Assembly: GCA_030390025.1 (NCBI GenBank)
Contig: JASTWF010000033.1
Location: 186,001 to 248,000 of the forward strand
Origin: Squalus acanthias
Lineage: Eukaryota
Reading direction: 5' to 3'
DNA length: 62,000 nt
Position numbers and translations under genes: made by a program. Under the pieces are notes generated by a model. That model did no database searches. It was not told where the DNA came from and saw only the letters and a program-made list of their open reading frames with translations. The first letter of the stretch is position 1, and every line of letters begins with the position of its first letter. This document shows positions 36,501-48,716 of this stretch, in pieces.

Positions 36501-37264
36501 TCCCTGGGGCAGATCAGGTTCAGACACTGAACATAAGGCACCCCACAGGAATATCACACACAGCCCCCAACCTGGGGCAGCTCAAGTCAGACACTGAACA
36601 TACTGCACCCACAGTGACATCACACACAGTCCCCTCCCTGGGACAGCTCAGATTCAGACACTGAACACACTGCACCCACAGTGACATCACACACCGCCCC
36701 CTCCCTGGGCCAGCTCAGAATCAGACACTGAACATACTGCACCAACAGTGACATCACACACTGCCCCCTCCCTGGGGCAGCTCAGAGTCAGACACTGAAC
36801 ATTTTGCACTCACAGTCACATCACACACTGCCCGCTCCCTGGGGCAGCTCAGCGTCAGACACTGATCAAACCGCACCCACAGGGACATCACACACGGCCC
36901 CCTCCCTTGGTCAGCGCATTTCATACACTGAAAACACTGCAACTCACAGGGACCCACACACTGCCCCCTCCCTGGGGCAGCTCAGAATCAGGCACTTAGC
37001 ATATTGCACCCCAAGGGGACATCAAATATTGCCCCTCCCTTGGGCAGCTCTGTGTCAGACACTGAACACACTGCACCCCAAAAGACATCACAAACAGCCC
37101 CTCCCTGGGGGAGTCACTGCTTGAGGGACTGAAGCCATAATATGATCTTCTCCCCATCTTCTGATTATGATACCTGTAGATTCTGACTCTGGCGGGGGCA
37201 AACATTCCAAACGACCATTATAAATTCTCACCACATACTCAGGAAATGTGCTCCTCTTACAGTC

Positions 37265-40200
37265 TCAGTCAGGTCCAGACCGCCTCACCGGTCCATGTCC
37301 CAGACTAAACAGGACCCTCTCACCAGACACTGACCTAGATAGTACCAGATCATCCTTCACCAACCACAGACCAGACTGAACAAAACGCTCCCTCACCGAG
37401 CCCTCCCCCAACCTAAATCAGACAACCCTCACCAGTCTTTTTCCCAGACTAAAGCAGAACTTCCCTCACCAGAAACTGTCCGAAACTGAACCAGACACTC
37501 CATCACCAGAAACTGCCTCACACTGAAGCAGACCCTAACAAACCAGTCCCTGTCCCAGACTGAACCAACACTCCCACATCAGTCACTGTCCCAAACTGAA
37601 ACACACCCTCACTCACCAGCCCCTGAACCAGATTCTCCCTCACAGCCCCTGTCCCATACTGAACAAGACCCTCACTTAGCAGTCCCTGGCCCATACTGAA
37701 CAAGACCATCACTCACCAGTCCCTGGCCCATACTGAACAAGACCCTCCCTCAACAGTCCCTGTCCCAGACTGAACAAGACCCTCCCTCAACAATCCCTGT
37801 CCCAGACTGAACAAGACCCTCCCTCAACAGTCCCTGTCCCAGACTGAACAAGACCCTCCCTCACCAATCCCTGTCCCAGACTGAACAAGACCCTCCCTCA
37901 ACAATCCCTGTCCCAGACTGAACAAGACCATCACTCTCCTATCCCTGTCCCAGACTGAACAAGACCCAACCTCACCAGTCCCTGTCCCAGACTGAACAAG
38001 ACCCTCCCTCAACAATCCCTGTCCCAGACTGAACAAGACCATCACTCACCAGTCCCTGTCCCAGACTGAACGATTCCCTGTCTCGCATGCCCCTGTCACA
38101 GATTTCGCCAGATCCTGTTTCATCAGTCCCTGTTCCAGACTTAACCAGACCCTGACACACAAGCCGCTGTCCCAGACTGAAGCAGACCCTCCCTCACCAG
38201 TCCCTGTCTCAGACTGAAGCAAACCCACTCTCACCAGCCATTGTCCCAGACTGAACCAGACACTCCCACACCAGTCCCTGTCCCAGACTGAACCAGACCC
38301 TCCCTCACCAGTCCCTTTCCCAGACTAAAACAGAACTTCCCTCACCAGAAACTGTCCGAAACTGAACCAGACACTCCATCACTAGAAACTGCCTCACACT
38401 GAACTAGACCCTAACACACAAGCCCCTGTCCCAGACTGAACCAACACTCCCACATCATTCACTGTCCCAAACTGAAACACACCCTCCCACACCAGCCCCT
38501 GAACCAGATTTTCCCTCGCAAGTCACTGTCCCAGAGTGAACCAGACCCCCACACAACAGCACCTGAACCAGATTCACCCTCACCAGTCCCTGTCCAAGAC
38601 TGAAACAGACCTACCCTCACAGCCACTGTCCCAGACTTAACCAGACCTACCCTAACCAGTCTCTGTCCCAGACTGAACCAGAACCGCCCTCACCAGTCCC
38701 TGTCCCAGCCTGAACCAGACATACCCTCACAGCCCTTGTCCCAGACTGAACCAGACCTACCCTCAACAGTCCCTATCCCAGACTGAAACAGACATACCCT
38801 CACCAGCCCCTGTCCCAGACTGATCCTGACCCTCCCTCACCGGCCTCTGTCACAGACTGATCCAGACCCTCCCTCACCAGCCCCTGTCTCAGACTGAACC
38901 TGACCCTCCCTCACCAGCCTCTGTCCCAGACTGAACCAGACCCTCCCACACTACCTCTGTCCCAGACTGAACCAGTCCCTCCCTCCCCAGCCCCTGTCTC
39001 AGACTGAACAAGACCCTCCCTCCCCAGCCCCTGTCTCAGAAAGTACCAGACCCTCCCTCCCCAGCCCCTGTTCCTGACTGAACCAGACCCTCACTCACCA
39101 GTCCCTGTTCCTGACTGAACCAGACCATCCCTCCCCAGCCCCTGTTCCTGACTGAACCTGACCCTCCCTCCCCAGCCCCTGTTCCTGACTGAACCAGACC
39201 CTCCCTCACCAGTCCCTGTTCCAGACTGAATCACACCCTCCCTCACCAGTCCCAGTTCCAGACTGAAACACACCCTCCCAAACCATTCCCTGTTCGTGAA
39301 TGAACCAGTCTATCCCTCACCAGTCACTGTCCCAGATTGAACCGGACCCTCGCCCACCGGTCCCGGTCCGAGACAGAAAAAGATTCTCCCTCAGCCGCCC
39401 ATCTACCAGACTGAAACAGACCACTTTCTCACAAGCCGCTGTCACAGACTGAACCAGACCCTCCGTCACCAGTTCCTGTTCCAGACTGAACTAGACCCTC
39501 CCGCACCAGCACCTATCCCAGACTGAACCAGACCCTCCCTCACAATCACTGTTCCAGACTGAAAAAGACGCCCGGCACCAGTCACTGTCCCAACCACACC
39601 AGCCCCTGTTACAGATTGAACCAGACACTTCCTCACCAGCCCTTATCCCAAACTTAACCAGACTCTCCCTCAACAGTCCCTGTCCCAGACTGGACCAGAC
39701 ACTCCCTCACCAGACACTTTCCAGACATAACCAGACCATCCCTCAACAGTCCCTATCCCAGACTTAATCAGAGCCTGTCTCACCAGACCCTCTCCCAGAC
39801 ATTACCAGACCCTCCTTCACCAGTCCCCATCCTAGACTTAACCAGACATACCCTCACCAGTCCCTGTCCCAGACTGAACCAGACCTACCCTCACAGCCCC
39901 ATTCCCAGACTTAACCAGACCCTATCTCACCAGTCCCTGTCCCAGACTGAACCAGACATACCCTCACCAGAGCCTGTCCCAGACTGAACCAGACCTACCC
40001 TCACGGCACCTGTCCCAGACTGAACCTGATTTACCTTACCAGCCTCATTCACAGACTGAACCAGACCCTCCCGCACCAGTCCCTGTTCCTGACTGAACCA
40101 GACCCTCACTCACCAGTCCCTGTTCCTGACTGAACCAGACCCTCCCTCACCAGCCACCGTCCCAGACTGAACCAGACCCTCCCTCACCAGCCTCTGTCCC

Positions 40201-43200
40201 AGACTAATCCTGACCCTCCCTCACCAGTCTCTGTCCCAGACTGAACCTGACCCTCCCTCACCAGTCCCTGTTGCTGACTGAATCAGACCCTCCCTCACCA
40301 GTCCTTGTTCCTGACTGAACCAGACCCTCCCTCACCAGTCCCCGTTCCTGACTGAACCAGACCCTCCCTCACCAGTCCCTGTTCCTGACTGAACCAGACC
40401 CTCCCTCACCAGTCCCTGTTCCTGACTGAATCAGACCCTCCCTCACCAGTCCTTGTTCCTGACTGAACCTGACCCTCCCTCACCAGTCCCTGTTCCTGAC
40501 TGAACCAAACCCTCACTCACCAGTCCCTGTTCCTGACTGAACCAGACCCTCCCTCACCAGCCACTGTCCCAGACAGATCCTGACCCTCCCTAACCAATCA
40601 CTGTCCCAGATTGAACCATACCCTCCCGCACCAGTCTCTGTCCTAGATTGAACCGGACCCTCGCCCACCGGTCCCGGTCCGAGACAGAAAAAGATTCTCC
40701 CTCAGCCGCCCATCTACCAGACTGAAACAGACCACTTTCTCACAAGCCGCTGTCACAGACTGAACCAGACCCTCTGTCACCAGTTCCTGTCCCAGAATTA
40801 ACCAGACGCCCCGGCAAACGACTCAACCCCAGACGGAACCAGAGCCAACCTCGCCAGTCCCTATCTCAGACTTAAGCAGATCCTGTCGCACCAGACCCTG
40901 TCCCAGACTGAACCAGACCCTCCCTCAGCAGTCCCTGTCCCGGACTGAAACAGACCATCCCTCCCCAGTCCCTCTCCCAGACTAAAGCGGAACCTGCCTC
41001 ATCAGTCCCTGTTCCTGTCTGAACCAGACCCTCCCTCACCAGTCCCTGTTCCAGACTGAAAAAGACCCTCCCACATCAGCCACTGTTCCAGACTGAAACA
41101 GTCCCTCCCACACCAGTCCATCTCCCAGACTGAACCCGACCCTCCCTCACCAGTCCCTGTTCCAGACTGAACCAGACCCTCCCACACCAGCCAGTGTTCC
41201 AGACAGAAACAGACTCTCCCTCTCCAGTCCCTGTTCCAGACTGAACCAGACCCTCCCACACCAGCCCCTGTTCCAGACTGAAACAGACTCTCCCTCACCA
41301 GTCCCTCTCCCAGACTGAACCAGACCCTCCCACACCAGCCCCTGTTCCAGACTGAAACAGACTCTCCCTCACCAGTCCCTCTCCCAGACTGAACCAGACC
41401 CTCCCTCGCCAGTCCCTGTCCCAGACTGAAGCAGACCCTCCCTCGCCAGTCCCTGTCCCAGACTGAACTAGACCCTCCCTCAAAAGCCCTTGTCCCAGAC
41501 TTAACCAGACTCTCCCTCACCAGTCCCTGTCCCGGACTGAAACAGACCATCCCTCCCCAGTCCCTCTCCCAGACTAAAGCGGAACCTGCCTCATCAGTCC
41601 CTGTTCCTGTCTGAACCAGACCCTCCCTCACCAGTCCCTGTTCCAGACTGAAAAAGACCCTCCCACATCAGCCACTGTTCCAGACTGAAACAGTCCCTCC
41701 CACACCAGTCCATCTCCCAGACTGAACCCGACCCTCCCTCACCAGTCCCTGTTCCAGACTGAACCAGACCCTCCCACACCAGCCAGTGTTCCAGACAGAA
41801 ACAGACTCTCCCTCTCCAGTCCCTGTTCCAGACTGAACCAGACCCTCCCACACCAGCCCCTGTTCCAGACTGAAACAGACTCTCCCTCACCAGTCCCTCT
41901 CCCAGACTGAACCAGACCCTCCCACACCAGCCCCTGTTCCAGACTGAAACAGACTCTCCCTCACCAGTCCCTCTCCCAGACTGAACCAGACCCTCCCTCG
42001 CCAGTCCCTGTCCCAGACTGAAGCAGACCCTCCCTCGCCAGTCCCTGTCCCAGACTGAACTAGACCCTCCCTCAAAAGCCCTTGTCCCAGACTTAACCAG
42101 ACTCTCCCTCACCAGTCCCTGTCCCAGACTGAACTAGACCCTCACTCAAAAGCCCTTGTCCCAGACTTAACCAGACCATCCCTCACCAGTCGCTGTCCCA
42201 GACTTCACCAGACGCCCCGGCAAACGACCCTGACCCAGACGGAACCAGAGCCAACCTCACCCGTCCCTATCACATACTTAAGCAGATCCTGTCGCACCAG
42301 ACACTGTCCCTGACTTAACCAGACCCTGTCTCACCAGTCCCTGTTCCACACTGAACCAGACCCTTACTCACCGGGCACGGTCCCAGATAGAACCAGACAC
42401 TCCCTCACCAGCCCCTGTCCCAGTCTGAACTAATCACTGCCTCAACAGCTCCTGTCCTAGACTGACCCAGATACTCCCTCGCCAAACAATGTCCCAGATA
42501 GAAACAAGTCATCCCTCACCAGCCCCTGTCCCAGACTAAACCATACATAGCCTCAACAGCCCTGTCCCAGACTGAACCAGACCCACCCTCATCAGCCCCT
42601 GTTCCAGACTGAACCAGACCCTCCCTCATCAGTCCCTGTCCCAAACTGAACCAGACCCTCCCTCATCAGCCCCTGTTCCAGACTGAACCAGACACTCCCT
42701 CAACAGCCCTGTCCCAGACTAAACCAGAACCTCCCTCAACAGCCCTGTCCCAAACTAAACAAGACCCTCCCTCACCAGCCCCTGTCCCAAACTGAACCAG
42801 ACACTCCCTCAACAGCCCTGTCCCAGACTAAACCAGAACCTCCCTCAACAGCCCCTGTCCCAAACTGAACCAGACACTCCCTCAACAGCCCCTGTCCCAG
42901 ACTAATCCAGACCCTCCCTCAACAGCCCCTGTCCCAAACTGAACCAGACACTCCCTCAACAGCCCCTGTCCCACACTAATCCAGATCCTCCATCACAAGC
43001 CCCTTTCCCAGACTGGGCCAGACGCCCCGTTACCCGACCATGTCCCAGACTAAACCAGACTCAACCTCACCAGTCCCTTTCCAGACTAAACCAGAACCTC
43101 CCCCACCCGTCCCTGTCCCAGACTGAACCAGACCCTCCCACACCAGTCCCTCTCCCAAACTGAACAAGACACTCCCTCAACAGCCCTGTCCCAGACTAAA

Positions 43201-46200
43201 CAAGACCCTCCCTCACCAGCCCCTGTCCCAAACTGAACCAGACCCTCCCTCACCAGCCCCTGTCCCAGACTAATCCAGATCCTCCATCACCAGCCCCTTT
43301 CCCAGACTGGACCAGACGCCCCGTCACCCGTCCCTGTCCCAGACTGAACCAGACCCTCCCTCACCAGTCCCTGTTCCAGACTGAAACAGACCTTCCCTCA
43401 CCAGTCCCTCTCCCAGACTAAACCAGACACTCCCTCACCACTCCCTGTCCCAAACTGAACCAGACCCTCCCTCACCAGCCCCTGTCCCAGACTGAAACGG
43501 ACCCTCCCTCACCAGCCCCTGTCCCAGACTGAACCAGACCCTCCCTCACGAGTCCCTGTCCCAGTCTGATCCTGACCCTCCCTCACCAGTCCCTGTCCCA
43601 GACTGATCCTGACCCTCACTCACCAGTCCCTGTCCCAGACTGATCCTGACCCTCACTCACCAGTCCCTGTCCCAGATTGATCCTGACCCTCCCTCACCAG
43701 TCCCTGTCCCAGACTGATCCTGACACTCACTCACCAGTCCCTGTCCCAGACTGATCCTGACCCTCCCTCACCAGTCCCTGTCCCGGACTGATCCAGACCC
43801 GCCCTCACCAGTCCCTGTCCCAGACTGATCCTGACCCTCCCTCACCAGTCCCTGTCCCAGGCTGATGCTGACCATCACTCACCAGTCCCTGTCCCAGACT
43901 GAAACAGAACCTCCCTCACCAGTCCCTGTCCCAGACTGAAACAGACCCTCCCTCACCAGTCCCTGTCCCAGACTGAAACAGAAACTCCCTCACCAGTCCC
44001 TCTCCCAGACTGAAACAGACCCTCCCTCACCAGCCCCTGTCCCAGACTGAAACAGACCCAAGTCCCTGTCCCACACTGATCCAGACCCTCACTCACCTGG
44101 CACGGTCCCAGATAGAAACAGACACTCCCTCACCAGCCACTGTCCCAGACTGAAGCAAACCCTCGCTCACCAGCACCTGTCCCAGCCTAAAGCAGACCCT
44201 CACTCACCGCCCACGGTCCCAGATAGAACCAGGCACTCACTCACCAGCCCCTTTCCCAGACTGAACTAATCCCTGCCTCAACAGCTCTTGTCGAAGACTG
44301 ACACAGATACTCCCTCACCAACCACTGTCCCAGATTAAAACAAATCAACCCTCACCAGTCCCTGTCCCAGACTGATCCAGACCCTCCCTCACCCGTCCCG
44401 TCACCCGACCATGTCCCAGACTAAACCAGACTCAACCTCACCAGTCCCTTTCCCAGACTTAACCAGACCCTCCCTCACCCGTCCCTGTCCCAGACTGAAA
44501 CAGGCCCGCCCTCACCAGCCCCTGTCCCAGCCTAATCCAGACCCTCCCTCACCCGTCCCATCACCCGACCATGTCCCAGACTAAACCAGACTCAACCTCA
44601 CCAGTCCCTTTCCCAGACATAACCAGACCCTCCCGCACCCGTCCCTGTCCCAGACTGAAACAGGCCCGCCCTCACCGACTACTGTTCCAGTCAACACAAG
44701 ACCCTCCCTCACCGACTACTCTCTAAGACTGAACAAAACCCTCGCTCACCAGGCCCTTTCCCACTGAGACGCACCACACCTCACCAGCCCCTGTCCCAGA
44801 CTGAACCAGACCCTCCCTCAACAACCCTTGTCCCAGACTGAACAAATCGCTCACCAGCCCCTGTTCCAGGCTGAACCAGGCCGTCCCTCAACAGCCGCTG
44901 GCCCTGGCTGCACCAGACTCTCCATGACCGTGCCCTCTCCCAGCTGAACGGAATCCTCCCTCAGCAGTTCCTGTCTCAGACCAAACCAGACCCGAATCAA
45001 CAACCCCTATCCCAAAATGAACAAGACGCTCCGTCACAAGTCCTTGTCCCAGACAGAACCAGACCCTGGCTCACCAGCCCCTGTCCTAGACTGATCCAGA
45101 CCCTCCCTCATCAGCTCCTGTTCCAGACTGAAACAGAACCTCCCTCACTTGCCCTTCTCTCAGAATGAGCTAGACACGTCCTCACCAGTCACCGTCCCAG
45201 AATTAACCAGACTCTCATTCACCAGTCCGTGTCCCAGACTGAACCAGACCCTCCCTCACCAGCCACTGTCCCAGACAGAACAATATCTTCCCTCAACAGC
45301 CCCTGTCGCAGACTGAGCCAGACCCTCCCTCACCAGACTCTGTCTAAGACTGAACCAAACCCTCCCTCACCAGTCCCTGTCCCAGACTGAACCAGACCCT
45401 CCCTCACTACTCCCTCTCCCAGAATAAACCAGTCACACCCTCAACAGTCCCTGTCCCAGACTGAAACAAGCTTTCCCTCACCAGTCCCCGTCCCAGACTG
45501 AACCAGACTCTCATTAACCAATCCCTGTCCCAGACTGAACCAGACCCTCCCTCACCAGCCACCGTCCCAGACTGAACCAGACCCACCCTCACTAGTCCCT
45601 TTCCGAGACTGAACCAAGCCTTCCCTCAACAGTCCCTGTCCCGGACTGAACCAACCCTTCCCTCACCATAGCAATATAGAAGATAGGAGCAGGAGTAGGC
45701 CATTCGGCCCCTCGAGCCTCTTCCGCCATTTAATGAGATCATGGCTGATCATACAAATTCAGTACCCTGTCCCTGCTTTCTCCACATATCCCTTGATTTC
45801 TTTAGCCTTAAGAAATATATCGAACTCCTTCTTGAATATATTTAATGCATTGGCCTCAACTGCCTTTCGTGGTAGAGAATTCCACAGGTTCACCACTCTC
45901 TGGGTGAAGCAATTCCTCATCAGCTCAGTCCTAAATGGCTTACCCCTTATCTTTAGACTGTGACCCATGGTTCCGACCTCCGCCGCCATCGGGAACATCC
46001 TTCCTGCATCTAGTCTGTCTAGTCCTGTCAGAAATGTATAAGTTTCATTGAGATCCCCTCTCATTCTTCTAAACTCTAGCTAATACAAGCCGAATCGACC
46101 CAATCTCTCTACATACATCATTCCTGCCATCCCAGGTATCAGCCTGGTGAATCTTCGCTGCACTCCCTCCATGGCAAGAACATCCTTCCTCAGATAAGCC

Positions 46201-46545
46201 GACCAAAAGTGCACACAATACTCAAGGTTTGGTATCCGTTCCAGACTGAACCAGACCCGCCCTCACCAGCCGCTGTACCAGACTGAACGATATGCTCTTT
46301 CACTGGTCCCTGTCCCAGACAGAACCATAGTCCCACGCCGACGGCTGTCCCAGTCTAAACCATACACTCACTCATCGACTACTATCCCAGACTGAACCAG
46401 ACCCCCACTCCCCAGTCCCCATCCCAGACTGAGCCAGACCCACCCTCACCAGTCCCTTTCCCGGATTGTACCAGACCAACGCTCAGCAGTCCCCATCCCA
46501 GTCAAGACCAGACCCTCCCACACCAGCCCCTCACCAGCCCCTGAT
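37265..46545. repeat. 37-bp satellite array (~235 monomers)
   Basis: Consensus CCAGTCCCTGTCCCAGACTGAACCAGACCCTCCCTCA. More diverged than the 67-bp array; strongly C-rich top strand. Confidence 0.96.
45668..46233 (-). mobile_element. CR1 3' fragment inserted in the 37-bp satellite
   Basis: ORF 45759-46064 ends KGYVEKAGTGY. Closely similar to 6589-7125. The satellite resumes on both sides. Confidence 0.92.
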
Positions 46546-46982
46546 TAGAGATTTCTCCCCTCTACCGAAACAGAATAACTGCATATTTCTCATAAGGTCT
46601 ACATCATTAAAGCAATAGATCATTGTATAATTTTATAAAGGGGCCACCTGTAAGTGTGCGTGCGTCACCCTCAGTGATCCGGCTACCAGTTAAACATGGG
46701 AACAAAGCACTGCCAGGATTATCTACTTTACAACTTCTGCAATAACTATATCCTAATAGTACTTTTAATTCATTATCACTGACAGTGTCACCGATCGTGC
46801 TGATCTATAGTCAGGAGATTACAGTTAACTGTATATTTATGTATAATATATCATTCAAGAAGTTTTAATTTGAAGGACAATGTTTCATACAGAGAATAAG
46901 TAATCCTATCTGGTCCACAGTACTTGCAGGTGGATGCAATGGTTTGGTATATAGCTATAGTGTTCCAAGTATTAGAGTGAAA

Positions 46983-47340
46983 GGCGCTCAGTGATGGTCC
47001 GGCTGAGCACTGAGGTGTTCAGGGTTGGTGGGGAGGGTGATGTGAGGGATTGGAACAGATTGTGGCAGATGCACCGGCAGGCCCTGATCAACATCCTGCA
47101 GGGCGCTCGGTGATGGTCCGGGTGATCACTGATGTGTTCAGGGTTGATGGGGAGGGTGGTGTGAGGGGTTGAAACAGATTGTGACAGAGGCACCAGCAGG
47201 CCCTGATCAACATCCTGCAGGGCGCTCAGTGATGGTCCGGGTGAACACTGATGTGTTCAGGGTTGGTGGGGAGGGTGATGTGAGGGGTTGGAACAGATTG
47301 TAGCAGGAGCAGGCCCTGTTCACCGACATGTAAGGCGCGG
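46983..47340. repeat. 119-bp tandem repeat, ~3 copies
   Basis: GGCGCTC(A/G)GTGATGGTCCGG starts at 46983, 47102 and 47221. The third copy is shortened and diverged. Confidence 0.9.
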
Positions 47341-47489
47341 AGGAATGACAAGAATATCGCTGACAAAAACAACACCATCGCTCCGAATGACATTTACTTC
47401 ATTTTCAACACTATTGACATCCCGGGAAATATAAACAGATGAGTTAGTAAACCAGGTGACTGTTCCCAGGTAACTTTATCCTGTTTGTC

Positions 47490-47873
47490 CCACCCAGAGA
47501 CTTCAGCACATATATTAGGCTGACCCTCCAGTCAGTACTGAGGGAGAGCTGCACTGTCCGAAGTGCGGTCTCTCGGATGAGACGTTAAACCGAGGCCCCG
47601 TTCTCTTGCTCAGGTGGATGTAAAAGATACCATGGCATTATTTCTAAGAAGACCAAGGGAGTTCTCCCCGATGTCCTGCTCATAATTTATCCCTGAAAAA
47701 ACATCACTAAAGCAGATTATCTGTTAATTTGTCTCATTGCTGTTTGTGGGACCTTACTGTGTGTAAATTATCTTATTGTTTCCTATATCACAACATTTCC
47801 AAAAATGTACTTCAGCGGCTGTAAAGCGATTTGGGCCTCCAAGAAAGGCGATATATAAATGCAGCTTTCCTTT
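47490..47873 (+). mobile_element. Deu-domain SINE body (5' head missing)
   Basis: Contains CAGTACTGAGGGAGAGCTGCACTGTC, GGATGAGACGTTAAACCGAGGCCCCG, CAGGTGGATGTAAAAGAT, CTCATTGCTGTTTGTGGGACCTT and the terminal TATATAAATGCA. Confidence 0.8.
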
Positions 47874-48051
47874 TGTCGCTTTTTCCACATGCCTGATATC
47901 ATTGATTTCATTACCAACAACATTCACACTATTCTCAAAACAATAACCGCTGTACTAATCTATCCCTTATACCAACACAGTACAAGCAAGGGCGGCAATC
48001 AATACCAATTAATCCTCATCCAAGTCATGCAAAACATAATTTATCACATTA

Positions 48052-48716
48052 ATAGAATCATAGAATCATTCTACACAGAAATAGGCCATTCGGACCACCG
48101 TCCCTGTGCCGACTCTCTGAAAGAGCTATTCAATTAGTCCCACTACCATGCTCTTTCCCCATTGTCCTGTAAATGTTTCCTTTTTAACTATATATCGAAT
48201 TCCTTTTTGAAAGATACTATTGAATCTGCTTCCACCTTCTTTCAGGCACTACATTCCAGATCACAACAACTCGCTGTGGAAAAACAAATCACCTGATCTC
48301 CCAATGTGATTTATTTGCCAAATCTCTTAACTCTGTGTCCTGTGGTTACCGACCCTCATGCCAGTAGAAACTGTATATTCCTATCTACCCTATCAAAAGC
48401 CCTAATAATTTTGAACACCTCTATTAAGTCTCCCCTTGATTTCATTGCTGTAAGAGGAGCAATACCAGCTTCTCTATTCTCTCCACGTAACTGAATTCCC
48501 TCATCACTGGGCCCATTCTGGTAAATCTCATCAGCATCATCTTCAAGGTATTGACATCCTTTCTAAAGTGTGATGCCCAGAAGTGGATACATTACTCCAG
48601 CTTAGACCTAATCACTGATTTATAAAGATTTAGCATAACTTCCTTGCTTTTGTACTCTATACCGCTATTAATAAAACCAAAGAACCCGTATGTTTTATTA
48701 ACAGCCTTCTCAACTT
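48052..48716 (-). mobile_element. Older CR1 3' fragment, interrupted by the next element
   Basis: ATAGAATC tail repeats at 48052-48068 and a degenerate ORF2 C-terminus. It appears to resume near 50225-50290. Confidence 0.8.

Larger units (their letters stand above)
9243..37110. repeat. 67-bp satellite array (~370 monomers, excluding the LINE)
   Basis: Consensus CACAGTGACATCACACACTGCCCCCTCCCTGGGACAGCTCAGAGTCAGACACTGAACATACTGCACC. Edges are diverged; near-homogeneous core stretches occur (e.g. 18700-20050, 23050-27530). Confidence 0.98.

Noticed and set aside
9243..37110. Satellite-encoded hammerhead ribozyme or true V(D)J RSS array
   Set aside because: There is no CUGANGA plus GAAA core in the consensus on either strand. 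Heptamers lack nonamers, and no V/D/J segments are visible.
9122..37205. Dozens of Cys/Val-rich ORFs (MMSLWVQ..., CPREGAVCDVTVG...)
   Set aside because: These are translations of the 67-bp satellite. The unit is not a multiple of 3, so frames cycle and stop; there is no coding evidence.
37518..45592. Gly-rich ORFs (GLVQSGTGTGEGGSGSVW...)
   Set aside because: Translations of the 37-bp satellite, whose unit is also not a multiple of 3.
37265..46545. CRISPR-like array (37-bp repeat length; also the 46-bp and 67-bp arrays)
   Set aside because: Units are head-to-tail with no unique spacers, no cas genes are present, and the context is vertebrate.
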